Below, piece after piece: positions 1 to 10,507 of a stretch of DNA of 64,000 bases (the stretch's first letter is position 1; every line of letters starts with the position of its first letter). Origin of the DNA: Candidatus Omnitrophota bacterium (GTDB taxonomy: Bacteria > Omnitrophota > Gorgyraeia > Gygaellales > Gygaellaceae). The position numbers and the translations under genes are program-made. The stretch is from contig JAGYNB010000002.1 in NCBI GenBank assembly GCA_018400015.1, positions 180,555 through 244,554 on the forward strand. The letters run 5' to 3'. The notes under the pieces are model-generated. The model was not told where the DNA came from. It searched no databases and was given only the letters and a program-made list of their open reading frames with translations.

Positions 1-435
1 TTAGGTGAAAGCGTCACTGCTATTAAAAAGGGTATTTTTGCCAGTAAAATTGATACGAGGCTGGTAAAGAACATATTTGAAAAGGTTGGTTCTGTTATTG
101 AAGTAAAGCGCGATGCGGATATTGATATAGTAACAGCCCTTTCCGGAAGCGGACCGGCGTATTTCTTTTATATAGTTGCTAGTTTTATGGCTGTTGGTAA
201 AGAGAGGGGAATGGATCAGAAAAAAACCAATGAGCTTCTTTTTAAGACTTTGATTGGTTCAGCTGAATTATTGAAAGAAAATAAATTTGATACTAAAAAA
301 CTTATTGCCAAGGTTGCTTCAAAAGGCGGTACAACCGAAGCTGCCCTAAAGGTGTTTGATGATAATAATCTGAAGACAATTATTGCTAAAGGAATTTTAG
401 CTGCTTATAAACGCGCAAAGCAGTTATCTCGTTAG
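1..435 (+). CDS. proC: Pyrroline-5-carboxylate reductase (5'-truncated by window edge)
   Basis: Frame is open from base 1 (LGESVTAIKKG...TALSGSGPAYFF...VASKGGTTEAAL). SGSGPAY and S-x-GGTT are ProC C-terminal motifs. The track ORF at 187 is only the distal part. Confidence 0.93.
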   Translation, partial: LGESVTAIKKGIFASKIDTRLVKNIFEKVGSVIEVKRDADIDIVTALSGSGPAYFFYIVASFMAVGKERGMDQKKTNELLFKTLIGSAELLKENKFDTKKLIAKVASKGGTTEAALKVFDDNNLKTIIAKGILAAYKRAKQLSR

Positions 436-443
436 GAGGAATA

Positions 444-1304
444 ATGATTAAAGTTGGTATTATCGGAGGAAGCGGGCTTTATAATATAGAAGGGTTAGAG
501 GATATTAAAGAGGTCGAAGTTAACACTCCTTTTGGAAAGCCATCGGATAAGTTTATTGCCGGCAAATTAGAAGGTAAAGATGTTGTGTTTTTGCCGCGTC
601 ACGCTCGGGGCCATATTCATTCGCCTACCAATATTAATTACCGCGCCAATATTTTCGGTATGAAAAAACTGGGTGTAGAGTGTATTATTTCCGTGACTGC
701 CTGCGGAAGTCTTAAAGAAGAGCTTAAGCCAATGGATTTTGTCGTAGTGGATCAGTTTGTCGATAGGACCAATCATTCGCGCGGTATGAGTTTTTTTGAT
801 ACGGGGATAGTTGCGCATATTATGTTTGCGCACCCGGTATGTAAAGATTTAAGCTCTTTAATTTATAAAAGCGGTAAAGACTTAGGTATTACAATGCATG
901 AAAAAGGTACTTATATTAATATGGAAGGCCCGGCTTTTTCTACATTGGCTGAATCAAAGCTTTACCGTAGCTGGGGTATGGATATAATCGGTATGACCAA
1001 TATGCCTGAGGCAAAACTGGCTCGCGAGGCTGAGATTTGCTATGCCACATTGGCTGCTGTTACCGATTATGACTGCTGGCATCCTGGACATGAGAGCGTT
1101 ACCACGGAAATGGTAATAAGTAATCTTGTAAAGAATATCGAGAATGCAAAAAAAATTTTAAAACAGGTTCTTAAGGCTATGCCGGATACAAGAACATGCG
1201 CATGTAAAGATTCACTTCAAAATGCGATAATTACAGACAAAAAGAAAATCCCCGCATCTGTTAAGAAGGACTTATCGATTTTGATTGGAAAGTATGTAAA
1301 ATAA
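444..1304 (+). CDS. mtnP: S-methyl-5'-thioadenosine phosphorylase
   Basis: GIIGGSGLY, PRHARGH, NYRANI, MEGPAFST, GMTNMPEAKLAREAEICY and TDYDCW motifs. RBS AGGAG upstream. Confidence 0.93.
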   Translation: MIKVGIIGGSGLYNIEGLEDIKEVEVNTPFGKPSDKFIAGKLEGKDVVFLPRHARGHIHSPTNINYRANIFGMKKLGVECIISVTACGSLKEELKPMDFVVVDQFVDRTNHSRGMSFFDTGIVAHIMFAHPVCKDLSSLIYKSGKDLGITMHEKGTYINMEGPAFSTLAESKLYRSWGMDIIGMTNMPEAKLAREAEICYATLAAVTDYDCWHPGHESVTTEMVISNLVKNIENAKKILKQVLKAMPDTRTCACKDSLQNAIITDKKKIPASVKKDLSILIGKYVK

Positions 1305-4144
1305 TGGATTATAAAAAAACTCTAAACTTACCGAATACAAAATTTCCCATGAAGGCAGGTCTTCCGGTATCAGAGCCGAAAACTTTAAAATACTGGCAGG
1401 AGATAGGTATTTTTTCACTTATCAGCAATAAAAAAACAAAAAAAGATAAGTATATCTTACATGACGGCCCGCCTTATGCAAACGGCAATATCCATTTGGG
1501 ACACGCCCTTAATAAGACCTTAAAAGATATGATTGTGAAATTTAAGACGATGAAAGGCGCAAATACGTATTATGTCCCCGGATGGGATTGCCATGGGCTA
1601 CCAATAGAACATCAGCTTTTTAAGGAGCTGGGAATAAAAAAAGGTGAAATCAGTCAGTTAAAATTCCGCAAAAAGGCATATCGCTTTGCGCAAAAATACG
1701 TAAATTTACAAAAAGAACAATTTGAACGCCTGGCTGTTTTTGCAGATTGGGATAATCCTTATCTTACTATGGCACCGACTTACGAAGAGGCGATCATATC
1801 CAGTTTTGCCAAGATCGCTAAAGATGGGTATATTTACCGTGGGTTAAAACCGGTTAACTGGTGTAAGAGTTGTGAAACTGCCCTTGCTGAGGCAGAGGTA
1901 GAGTATAGTGATGTGATTTCATCATCTGTATACGTAAAATTCAAGATTGAAGAGAATGCCAAATTTAAAAAGAATTCTTATCTACTTATCTGGACCACAA
2001 CTCCTTGGACGCTTCTTGCAAATGTTGCTGTTGCCGCGCATAAAGATCTAGTTTATGTTTACGCACAAATTGGCGATGAATTTTTGGTCTTGGCTAAGGA
2101 TTTACTGGCTAGGGTTATGGAAAAGTCGGGTATCACTGATTATAAAATATTAAATGAATTTAAAGGAAGTGATCTGGAAGGTTCAATATACCAGCATCCT
2201 TTTATAGAGAGAAAAGGCAAAGTCGTTAATGCTGATTATGTTTCCAAAGAAGACGGCACGGGTCTAGTGCATATTGCCCCCGGGCATGGCGCAGAGGATT
2301 ATCTTGTGGGCTTAAGGCATAAACTTGAGATGATTATGCCGGTTGATGAAAAGGGTTATTTTGATAATACGGCTGGTGAGTTTTCCGGTCTAAATGTACA
2401 TAAGGCAAATCCAGCGATTATCCAAAAATTAAAGGATTTAAATAAATTATTCATGCATGAGGAGATTACGCATTCTTATCCTCATTGCTGGCGTTGTAAA
2501 CAGCCGATAATCTTTCGTGCGACAAAACAGTGGTTTTTGTCTTTAGAAAAAGACTCTTTAAGGGATAAGCTTATTGATATTGTAGAAACACAAGTTAACT
2601 GGGTTCCCGCATCAGGCAAAGAGAGAATAAAATCAATGTTAGAATTGCGCCCTGACTGGTGTCTATCTAGGCAAAGGTACTGGGGGGTTCCCATACCGTC
2701 TTTGGTATGCACAAAATGCAAAGAAGAGTTTTTAGATGATGAATTTATCAAGAAGTTTGCGAAGATAGTTGCAAAGGAAGGAACTGATTCTTGGTTTGAG
2801 AAGGATTTGATAGATATATTACCTAAAGAGACTAAGTGTCCTTCTTGCGCTAATAAAGATTTTACCAAGGGAGCTGATATTTTGGATGTCTGGTTTGATT
2901 CCGGTGTAAGCCATCAGGCGGTTCTGAAAAAAAGAAAGGAATTGGAAGGTACCCCTTGTGAGCTTTACCTTGAGGGGTCTGACCAGCATCGGGGATGGTT
3001 TCAGTCTTCTTTGATTGTTTCCAGCTGTATTGATAATGCCGCTCCGTATAAAAACGTATTAACTCATGGTTTTGTCGTTGACGGTCAGGGCAGGAAGATG
3101 TCCAAATCCTTAGGTAATGTGGTTTCACCATTTGATATTATCAAGGATTACGGAGTGGATATCTTAAGGCTTTGGGTCTGTTCCAGCGATTATAACGAGG
3201 ATATAAGGATTTCGCCTGAGATCTTAAAAAGATTGTCCGAAGCCTATAGAAAAATACGCAACACCGCGAGGTTTATCCTAAGCAACCTTTATGATTTTAA
3301 TCCTAGTGAACAAATAATTGATTATAGTCAGTTTTCTAAGATAGATAAGTGGATTTTGTTTAAGCTGTCGCAGTTAATTGAGAAGACCCATAATTATTAC
3401 GAGCTGTTTGAATTTCATAAAGTATATAAAGAGATTTACAATTTTTGCAATGAGGATTTATCCATGTTTTATCTGGATATGGTAAAAGGAAGACTTTATA
3501 CCTACGCCTATGATTCTTTCAAGCGCCGTATGACCCAGAGCGTGATTTTCCAGGTGCTTAATACTCTTGTGCGTCTGGTTGCGCCCATTTTAAGTTTTAC
3601 CGCAGAGGAGATCTGGCAGCATATGCCGAAGCCAGAAGATAATAAACAAATGAAAAGCGTACATCTTCTTGATTGGCCTGAGCGTATTTTCGATAAAAAA
3701 CTAAGCGATGTGTCAAATGAGTTAAAAACTTTAGAAACCGATTTAGGGATAATTTTGCAGATATTACCTGAAGTAGCCCTGGGTTTGGAAGAAAAAAGAA
3801 GCGCTGGCGCAATCGGTAGTTCATTCGATGCAAAAATAAAACTATTGACAAATGATGAAATTCGTTATAAATATTTAACAACTATAAAGGATGACTTGAG
3901 CGAGATTTTCAAAGTTTCTCAAGTTGAGGTAAAAAAAGTAGATTCAGGCGCAGAAGAATTAAAATCTTTGGGAAAACAAAGTGTTTTTAAAGATATTGTT
4001 TTTAACGTAGATAAAGCAGACGGTAAAAAATGTGTACGTTGCTGGAACTACACGCTGGATATCGGAAATGACCCTGAATATAAAGAAATTTGTACTAATT
4101 GTATAACGGCAATAAAAAAGGTGGAAAAAAATGAAACAATTTAA
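1304..4144 (+). CDS. ileS: Isoleucine--tRNA ligase (bacterial type 1)
   Basis: HDGPPYANGNIHLGH (HIGH motif), GWDCHGLPIE, WTTTPWTL, GSDQHRGWF, KMSKS and a C-terminal Zn finger CVRCW...CTNC. Confidence 0.98.
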   Translation: MDYKKTLNLPNTKFPMKAGLPVSEPKTLKYWQEIGIFSLISNKKTKKDKYILHDGPPYANGNIHLGHALNKTLKDMIVKFKTMKGANTYYVPGWDCHGLPIEHQLFKELGIKKGEISQLKFRKKAYRFAQKYVNLQKEQFERLAVFADWDNPYLTMAPTYEEAIISSFAKIAKDGYIYRGLKPVNWCKSCETALAEAEVEYSDVISSSVYVKFKIEENAKFKKNSYLLIWTTTPWTLLANVAVAAHKDLVYVYAQIGDEFLVLAKDLLARVMEKSGITDYKILNEFKGSDLEGSIYQHPFIERKGKVVNADYVSKEDGTGLVHIAPGHGAEDYLVGLRHKLEMIMPVDEKGYFDNTAGEFSGLNVHKANPAIIQKLKDLNKLFMHEEITHSYPHCWRCKQPIIFRATKQWFLSLEKDSLRDKLIDIVETQVNWVPASGKERIKSMLELRPDWCLSRQRYWGVPIPSLVCTKCKEEFLDDEFIKKFAKIVAKEGTDSWFEKDLIDILPKETKCPSCANKDFTKGADILDVWFDSGVSHQAVLKKRKELEGTPCELYLEGSDQHRGWFQSSLIVSSCIDNAAPYKNVLTHGFVVDGQGRKMSKSLGNVVSPFDIIKDYGVDILRLWVCSSDYNEDIRISPEILKRLSEAYRKIRNTARFILSNLYDFNPSEQIIDYSQFSKIDKWILFKLSQLIEKTHNYYELFEFHKVYKEIYNFCNEDLSMFYLDMVKGRLYTYAYDSFKRRMTQSVIFQVLNTLVRLVAPILSFTAEEIWQHMPKPEDNKQMKSVHLLDWPERIFDKKLSDVSNELKTLETDLGIILQILPEVALGLEEKRSAGAIGSSFDAKIKLLTNDEIRYKYLTTIKDDLSEIFKVSQVEVKKVDSGAEELKSLGKQSVFKDIVFNVDKADGKKCVRCWNYTLDIGNDPEYKEICTNCITAIKKVEKNETI

Positions 4145-4517
4145 AATGAGTAAAACAGACCTTAAAAGATACAAAGAAGTACTTCTTAAAAGAAAAGAAG
4201 AGATTGTTGAACAAATTGAGCATATTTCTCGTGATACTCTTAAACGTTCACAAAAAGATGCTTCTGGCGATATTTCTGGTTATGCATATCATATGGCTGA
4301 TTTGGCAACGGATTCTTTCGATAGAGAATTCTCTTTAGGATTGGCTTCTAACGAAAGACAGATACTTTATGAGATTGACGATGCATTACGTAGGGTTGAA
4401 GACGGTTCTTATGGTAAATGCAGCGCGTGCGATAAGCCGATTCCTAAAACTAGGCTAAAAGCAATTCCTTATAGCAGGCTTTGTTTGAAATGCCAGAAGC
4501 TACAAGAAAAATCATAA
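4131..4517 (+). CDS. TraR/DksA C4-type zinc finger protein
   Basis: Coiled coil with HMADLATD, followed by YGKCSACDKPIPKTRLKAIPYSRLCLKC. The start may be ATG 4146. Confidence 0.88.
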   Translation: MKQFKMSKTDLKRYKEVLLKRKEEIVEQIEHISRDTLKRSQKDASGDISGYAYHMADLATDSFDREFSLGLASNERQILYEIDDALRRVEDGSYGKCSACDKPIPKTRLKAIPYSRLCLKCQKLQEKS

Positions 4518-4981
4518 AGAAATATTTTTCTAAGAATTTTTTTCTTGTTTTTCTTTGCGTATTGATAGTTTTAATTGATCAATACACTAAATCCCTTGCT
4601 TTAAAATACCTATCCTTATTAAAGCCTCAGGCAGTTATCAATAGCATATTTTATCTAACGCTTAGTTTTAATACCGGAGCCGCATTCGGCATGTTTAAAA
4701 ATCAGGCCGTATTTTTTGTGATTGTTTCTATCTTTGCGGCAATAATTATCATTATAAACATTTCTCGCAGTAAAAATCTTATTGAGAATTTAGGTTTTAC
4801 TTTTATACTTGCTGGCGCAATAGGTAATCTTATTGATCGCTTAAGATTTGGTTTTGTAGTTGATTTTATCGATTTTGTCGTATGGCCTGTTTTTAATATA
4901 GCAGATTCTTTTATAACCGTAGGGGCTTTCATAATTATTTTTGCAGCATTTTTTCTTAAACCTAAGAAAATAAACAAATGA
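4481..4981 (+). CDS. lspA: Lipoprotein signal peptidase II (start uncertain)
   Basis: DQYTK, NTGAAFG, GAIGNLIDR, VVDFID and FNIAD motifs. Follows ileS. Confidence 0.95.
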   Translation: MFEMPEATRKIIKKYFSKNFFLVFLCVLIVLIDQYTKSLALKYLSLLKPQAVINSIFYLTLSFNTGAAFGMFKNQAVFFVIVSIFAAIIIIINISRSKNLIENLGFTFILAGAIGNLIDRLRFGFVVDFIDFVVWPVFNIADSFITVGAFIIIFAAFFLKPKKINK

Positions 4982-5889
4982 AACGCTTTGAATTATTCGT
5001 TGAATCGATAGATAAAGATAAAAGGATAGACGTTTATCTAAGCGACGCCTTGGATAAATACGGTGTCTCAAGAAATCTTATCAAGGAGTTAATAAAAGAT
5101 AATAAAGTTATTTTGAATAACAACAAATCATTCAAGGTTCATTATAAGGTTAGAGAAAATGACAGGATTCTTGTTGACGTCCCGGATAAAAGCAAGTTGG
5201 AAATTAAGCCGCAGGAGATTTCTTTAGATATCGTTTACGAAGACGACAATCTATTGGTAGTCAATAAGCCAACTGGCCTGGTGGTTCATCCGGCTCCCGG
5301 CAATAAAGATAAAACTTTGGTTAATGCGCTATTATTTCATACTAAACAGCTTTCCGATATAAATCCCGAAAGGCCGGGTATCGTGCATAGATTGGATAAG
5401 GATACTTCCGGGCTAATAGTTGTCGCCAAGGATAACAATACCCATCTTCAGCTGTCGCGGCAGTTTGCAGAAAGAAAGATAGAAAAGGTGTATGTTGCTG
5501 TAGTTGAAGGAGAAGTTGAGTTTACAGAAGGGGTAATTGATATTCCTGTTGGTAGAAATCCTAAGGATTTTAAAAAGATGCGTGCTTTTTTTCATGAGGA
5601 CGCAAGAATGGCAAAAACATTTTATAAAGTTCTTTGTACAAATAAGAAATTCAGTTTGCTGGAATTGAAACCCGTAACAGGCAGGACTCATCAGTTACGC
5701 GTGCATTTAAATTATCTGGGACATCCTATTCTTGGTGATAAAAAATATTCCAGTAAAAATGATTATTCCCGGCTTTTTCTTCATGCAAAATATTTAAAGT
5801 TTATGCATCCTATGAAAAATAAGGTTATGGAATTCAATCTTAAGGTTCCCAATGAGTTTAGGGCATTTTTTGATAATAAAATATCTTGA
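4978..5889 (+). CDS. rluD: RluA/RluD-family 23S rRNA pseudouridine synthase
   Basis: N-terminal S4-like domain, NKPTGLVVHP, HRLDKDTSG (catalytic Asp) and TGRTHQLRVH. Confidence 0.85.
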   Translation: MKRFELFVESIDKDKRIDVYLSDALDKYGVSRNLIKELIKDNKVILNNNKSFKVHYKVRENDRILVDVPDKSKLEIKPQEISLDIVYEDDNLLVVNKPTGLVVHPAPGNKDKTLVNALLFHTKQLSDINPERPGIVHRLDKDTSGLIVVAKDNNTHLQLSRQFAERKIEKVYVAVVEGEVEFTEGVIDIPVGRNPKDFKKMRAFFHEDARMAKTFYKVLCTNKKFSLLELKPVTGRTHQLRVHLNYLGHPILGDKKYSSKNDYSRLFLHAKYLKFMHPMKNKVMEFNLKVPNEFRAFFDNKIS

Positions 5890-5914
5890 AATTTCAATAC
5901 CCAGTTGTTATAAT
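5886..5914 (+). promoter_or_regulatory. Sigma70-like promoter TTGAAA-N17-TATAAT with extended -10 TG
   Basis: TTGAAA 5886-5891, TG 5906-5907, TATAAT 5909-5914. RBS AGGAGG precedes ATG 5938. Confidence 0.6.
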
Positions 5915-5937
5915 ATTTTAAATACAAGGAGGCTTTG

Positions 5938-6678
5938 ATGAATAAATCCGGAAAGATCTCAGGAATTATTTTTATAATACTTATTGTTGCTTTAGCAGCT
6001 GGTAGTGGTTATCTATTTTTACAGTGGCAGCAGGAAAAGCAGCGTGCAGACACTTTAGAAGCAAAAGTTTTCTCATTAGAAACAGAAAAAAAAGAGTTGG
6101 ATGCTAGGTATAAAACAACTGTGATTAAGCTTGAGGAGCTTGACTCTCAGCTGAAGGATAAGGATTTGCAAGTTAAGGCATTAGAGAATAACCTGCGTAA
6201 TGCAGAAGAGCTTAGAATAAAAGCCATAGAAGACGTAAATTCGATTCGTCAGCAAATGATAGAAACTGAGAACGCAAGAAAAGAGCTTGAGATTAATCTT
6301 GATCAAACAAAAGAGGAATTAGATTCTTTAAAATCTAAGATGAACGTTATTCATGAATCAAGCAAAATTGATACTCAAGACCAGATGTTTTCTTCCGCAG
6401 ATAACGTTGATTTAGACAAAATCGTGGTCTCTCCTAATGAAAGCCAAAAGATAAAAGACGCTCGGGTTTTGGTGGTTAATAAAGAGTATGATTTTGTAGT
6501 TTTAAATCTTGGCAAGTATGATAATATTGTCGTAGGAGATATTGTTCAGGTAATAAGAGATAATTCAATTATCGGTTCTTTGGAAGTAGAAGAAGTTAGA
6601 GAGACAATGTCTGTTGCTAGGTTCTCGACCGAAGGTTTAAAAGATCAGATAAAAGAAGGCGATTTACTAGCTTTATAA
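5938..6678 (+). CDS. Membrane-anchored coiled-coil protein with C-terminal small beta-barrel-like domain (hypothetical)
   Basis: N-terminal TM helix, ~110-aa heptad-rich region and C-terminal VLVVNKEYDFVVLNLG...GSLEVEEVRETMSVA beta domain. Confidence 0.75.
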   Translation: MNKSGKISGIIFIILIVALAAGSGYLFLQWQQEKQRADTLEAKVFSLETEKKELDARYKTTVIKLEELDSQLKDKDLQVKALENNLRNAEELRIKAIEDVNSIRQQMIETENARKELEINLDQTKEELDSLKSKMNVIHESSKIDTQDQMFSSADNVDLDKIVVSPNESQKIKDARVLVVNKEYDFVVLNLGKYDNIVVGDIVQVIRDNSIIGSLEVEEVRETMSVARFSTEGLKDQIKEGDLLAL

Positions 6679-6685
6679 ATTTATA

Positions 6686-7993
6686 GTGTCGTTTCCAATC
6701 CCAACGTTAAAAAAGCTTAAAGGTTGTGTTATTGTTCCTGGCGATAAGTCTATAGCCCATCGCGCAATTATAATTAGTTCCCTATCAAAAGGAAAATGTG
6801 TTATAAGGCATTTTCCCTTCAATGAAGATTGCTTGAATACTATCGATATTTTCAAATCCCTCGGAGTAAAGATTAAAATTAATAAGAAAAAAGATGAGGT
6901 TACAGTTTTTGGTAATGGAATTAGGAGTTTAAAAAAACCAAAAGACTGTTTATATTGTAATTCTTCCGGAACCACAATAAGACTTCTTGCCGGAATTTTG
7001 TCTGCCCAGGAATTCGATAGCACTTTAACTGCCAGTAAGGCATTGTCCAAGAGGCCTATGTCGCGTATTACAAAGCCATTAAGAAAGATGGCTGCTTGTA
7101 TTGAAGGAATTTCAAAAGGTAAAGAAGAATATCCTCCTTTAAAGATTAAAGGTAGACCACTTGTAGGCATAAATTATAAGTTGCCTGTTGCCAGTGCACA
7201 GGTAAAGTCAGCTATCTTATTTGCTGGCTTGTACGCCGTTGGGAGAACTATTTTAGAGGAAGAGGTTATTTGCCGTGATCACACAGAGCGTATGCTTAAA
7301 TCTTTTGGTGTGGATATCCGTAGAAAAAATAAAAGAATTATCTTATTTGAAACTAATCAGATGTCGGCAGTTAAGAGTTTATTGATTCCGGGAGATATCT
7401 CATCAGCCAGCTTTTTTATCGTGGGAAGCTGTATTTTACCGGGTTCGAGCATAAAAATACGCAATATAGGAATCAATCCTACGCGCGGCGGTATTTTGAA
7501 AGTGTTAAAAAGAATGAATGCAGATATCAGGATAGTTAATAAGAAAGATTTGGTTGAACCTGTTGCAGATATAGAGGTGCGTTATTCAATGCTAAAAGCA
7601 ACCATTGTAAGTTGTAAAGAGATACCTTTGTTAATAGATGAAGTGCCGATATTGATGGTAGCTGCATGTTTTGCAAGAGGAACTACTGTGATAAAAGGAG
7701 TGAATGAACTTCGTGTTAAAGAAACAGATAGATTAAAGTCTATGGTTGATAATTTAACCAAGATGGGTGCAGATATAAAAATCTTCCGTAAGCAAAAAAA
7801 ACAGGATGTGGTTATAAAAGGTGTAAAATGCTTAAAACCAGCCAGGTTAAAGAGTTTTCAGGACCATAGAACTGCCATGAGCTTAATAATCGCTTCCTTG
7901 GGTTTAAACAAACCAGCAAAAATAGATAATTTAAGCTGTATTGATAAGTCTTTTCCTGAGTTTATTAATATTCTAAATAAGCTTAAATGTTAA
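6686..7993 (+). CDS. aroA: 3-phosphoshikimate 1-carboxyvinyltransferase (EPSP synthase)
   Basis: PGDKSIAHRA, NSSGTTIRL, RPMSR, VASAQVKSA, RDHTERML, PGDISSASFF, ELRVKETDR and DHRTAMS motifs. GTG start. Confidence 0.96.
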   Translation: MSFPIPTLKKLKGCVIVPGDKSIAHRAIIISSLSKGKCVIRHFPFNEDCLNTIDIFKSLGVKIKINKKKDEVTVFGNGIRSLKKPKDCLYCNSSGTTIRLLAGILSAQEFDSTLTASKALSKRPMSRITKPLRKMAACIEGISKGKEEYPPLKIKGRPLVGINYKLPVASAQVKSAILFAGLYAVGRTILEEEVICRDHTERMLKSFGVDIRRKNKRIILFETNQMSAVKSLLIPGDISSASFFIVGSCILPGSSIKIRNIGINPTRGGILKVLKRMNADIRIVNKKDLVEPVADIEVRYSMLKATIVSCKEIPLLIDEVPILMVAACFARGTTVIKGVNELRVKETDRLKSMVDNLTKMGADIKIFRKQKKQDVVIKGVKCLKPARLKSFQDHRTAMSLIIASLGLNKPAKIDNLSCIDKSFPEFINILNKLKC

Positions 7994-8004
7994 TAAAATT
8001 ATGA

Positions 8005-8033
8005 TTGACAACAGGTTTTGACTCTGATATATT
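8005..8033 (+). promoter_or_regulatory. Sigma70-like promoter for the mre operon
   Basis: TTGACA 8005-8010, 17-nt spacer, TG-n-TATATT (8028-8033). Confidence 0.65.
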
Positions 8034-8060
8034 TAACACATTAAACAATTGGAGTTAAAA

Positions 8061-9146
8061 ATGGTAAGAAGATTCAGAAATTTCAAGATACTGGAAAGAG
8101 CCAAAGATCTTCTTAATTATATTTTGGGGCTTTTTTCCAATGATATGGGTATCGATTTAGGTACTGCTACGACTTTGGTTTATGCAAAAGGCGAAGGAGT
8201 TGTTTTGTGTGAGCCTTCTGTAGTCGCTGTAGAAAAAGGGAAAAGCCATGTTTTAGCAGTTGGCCAGGAAGGAAAGCGTATGTTAGGCCGTACTCCCGGT
8301 AACATCATTGCTATCAGACCAATGAAAGATGGAGTAATCGCTGATTTTGAGATAACCGAGGCAATGCTGCGTTATTTTATAAAAAAGGTTCATAATCGCC
8401 AGGTTCTTGTTAGGCCAAGGATGGTTATTGCAATACCTTCTGGTATTACAGAAGTAGAAAAGAGAGCGGTTAAAGATTCTGCTGAACGGGCTGGTGCACG
8501 TGAAGTGTATCTGGTAGAAGAGCCTGTAGCAGCAGCTATTGGTGTAGGGTTGCCCATATCAGAACCGACTGCCAGTATGATTATCGATATCGGCGGCGGT
8601 ACAAGTGAGATCGCAGTTATATCTTTAGGTGGGATAGTTTATGCTAAGTCAATTCGCATTGGCGGTGACGAAATGGATCAATCAATAAGCGAATATTTGA
8701 AGAAAACTTATAATCTTATGGTTGGAGAGCGAACGGCAGAAGAAATTAAGATGAAAATTGGCTCGGCGTTTTCTTTAGATGAAGAAAAAAGCATGGAAGT
8801 AAGAGGGCGCGATCTTATAGTAGGTTTACCTAAAACCGTTACGATCACATCAGAAGAAATCCGAGATGCGCTAAAAGAGACCATAAGAGCGATAATTGAT
8901 GCCGTTAAGATGGTTTTAGAAAGGACTCCGCCGGAATTGTCTTCTGATTTGATAGAATTAGGTATTATTATGGCCGGAGGAGGATCTCTTTTAAAAGGTT
9001 TAGACAAGATCATTTCTGACGAAACTGGTTTACCCGTTCATATAGCGGATGATCCTATAACCGCAGTCGCTCTAGGAACGGGGAAAATACTAAATGAGAT
9101 ACGTTATTTAAAGCGCGTTACCGTTCCCTCACGTATTGAAATATAA
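8061..9146 (+). CDS. mreB: Rod shape-determining protein MreB
   Basis: [37 protein letters not shown] and AGGGSLL motifs. ATG 8061 follows GGAG. Confidence 0.97.
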   Translation: MVRRFRNFKILERAKDLLNYILGLFSNDMGIDLGTATTLVYAKGEGVVLCEPSVVAVEKGKSHVLAVGQEGKRMLGRTPGNIIAIRPMKDGVIADFEITEAMLRYFIKKVHNRQVLVRPRMVIAIPSGITEVEKRAVKDSAERAGAREVYLVEEPVAAAIGVGLPISEPTASMIIDIGGGTSEIAVISLGGIVYAKSIRIGGDEMDQSISEYLKKTYNLMVGERTAEEIKMKIGSAFSLDEEKSMEVRGRDLIVGLPKTVTITSEEIRDALKETIRAIIDAVKMVLERTPPELSSDLIELGIIMAGGGSLLKGLDKIISDETGLPVHIADDPITAVALGTGKILNEIRYLKRVTVPSRIEI

Positions 9147-9155
9147 AAAAATGTA

Positions 9156-9938
9156 GTGAAATTAAAGAAAAAGAAATTAGCCGTTTTTTTTGTTATTTTA
9201 TTTTTAGCTATTTTTATCCTTCCTATTTTTTCGTTTTTAAGAACCCCCACGCAAATTATCAGTAAGTATCCTTTATATGTGGTTAAGTTTTTTCAGGAGG
9301 AGTTAAAAGCTCTTTTTTTCTTCCATGCGAATATGCAGGAAAATAAACAATTAAAACAGCAACAGAAGAAACTTATTCATAAAATAATAATGCTTAGAGA
9401 GCTTGAAGCGGAGAATAAGAGATTAAAGGCGCTATTCGAATTTTCTAAACGTGAAAAGGGAGAATTTGTTTTTGCCAGAGTGATTGCCCGAGATACTTCT
9501 AATCTGGTTTCAAGTATGCTGATTGATAAAGGTACTTTTCACGGCGTGAAAATCAATATGCCGGTAGTTAATGAACTTGGACTTGTAGGTCGTATTACTC
9601 AGGCAGGAGTTTTTACTAGCCGGATAGTTCTTATTAATGATACTAGACTTTTTGTTCCTGCTTTAGTGCAGCGTAGTCGTGTTCAAGGCTTGGTATCAGG
9701 AAGGCTCCATGGCAATCTGGTTATGGGTTATATAGATAAAGATAGCGATATTGCCATAAAAGATATTGTGGTTACTTCTGGATTAATCGAAGCCAATACC
9801 AAAAGCATATACCCCAAAGGTATTCCTATCGGAGCAGTTGCTCAGATAACCAAGGAAGCAAAAGGTCAAATGCTTACCGCGCATATAAAACCCTTCGTTG
9901 ATACTAATTCTCTTGAAGAAGTATTGATAATAAAATAG
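9156..9938 (+). CDS. mreC: Rod shape-determining protein MreC
   Basis: TM plus coiled coil (ENKRLKALF), ARVIARD, IDKGTFHGV, GLVGRI, VVTSG and YPKGIPIG. Synteny with mreB. Confidence 0.93.
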   Translation: MKLKKKKLAVFFVILFLAIFILPIFSFLRTPTQIISKYPLYVVKFFQEELKALFFFHANMQENKQLKQQQKKLIHKIIMLRELEAENKRLKALFEFSKREKGEFVFARVIARDTSNLVSSMLIDKGTFHGVKINMPVVNELGLVGRITQAGVFTSRIVLINDTRLFVPALVQRSRVQGLVSGRLHGNLVMGYIDKDSDIAIKDIVVTSGLIEANTKSIYPKGIPIGAVAQITKEAKGQMLTAHIKPFVDTNSLEEVLIIK

Positions 9939-9943
9939 TTATT

Positions 9944-10507
9944 ATGCGAGTTATTGAACAATCAATAAATGATTTTAAAAGAATTATAAGAAAAAGCGGT
10001 TTTGATTTTTCTCTTATCGATAAAAATAAACTGTTAACAGTTTCTATCGTTGCTGTTTCGTTATTATTATTTGAGAGTAGTTTTTTGGAGTGGTTTAAGA
10101 TTTTTGGCGTGAGGCCTAATTTGGCTGTATGTTTTATTGTTTTATTAAGTTTTACCCAAAAACCCGCAGTTAGTTTATCAATGGTATTGTTGGCAGGTAT
10201 TATTAAAGACAGTTTTTCCGGATTTGTTTTCGGAATGAACACGGTTAGTTTTTTTATCACAATGATCCTTTGTCTTGAGGTAAAGAAAAAACTTTTTGCG
10301 CAGAAAATCGGTATATTTATTTTTATGGCTTTTCTGGGTATATGGATTTCTTTTTTGTTTTTTTGTTTTTATTCTTTGATTTATGAGTTAGATTGCAACT
10401 TTACTAGATTTTTTTGGGTTGTTTTTGTCGAATCGTTGTATAGCTCGCTGATATTTTTTCCGATATTGAAATATTTAAAAAAATGCGTACCCGAAATGTT
10501 TACTTAA
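9944..10507 (+). CDS. mreD: Rod shape-determining protein MreD
   Basis: Polytopic membrane protein with GVRPNL and GIIKDSFSG...FG motifs, located between mreC and mrdA. Confidence 0.85.
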   Translation: MRVIEQSINDFKRIIRKSGFDFSLIDKNKLLTVSIVAVSLLLFESSFLEWFKIFGVRPNLAVCFIVLLSFTQKPAVSLSMVLLAGIIKDSFSGFVFGMNTVSFFITMILCLEVKKKLFAQKIGIFIFMAFLGIWISFLFFCFYSLIYELDCNFTRFFWVVFVESLYSSLIFFPILKYLKKCVPEMFT

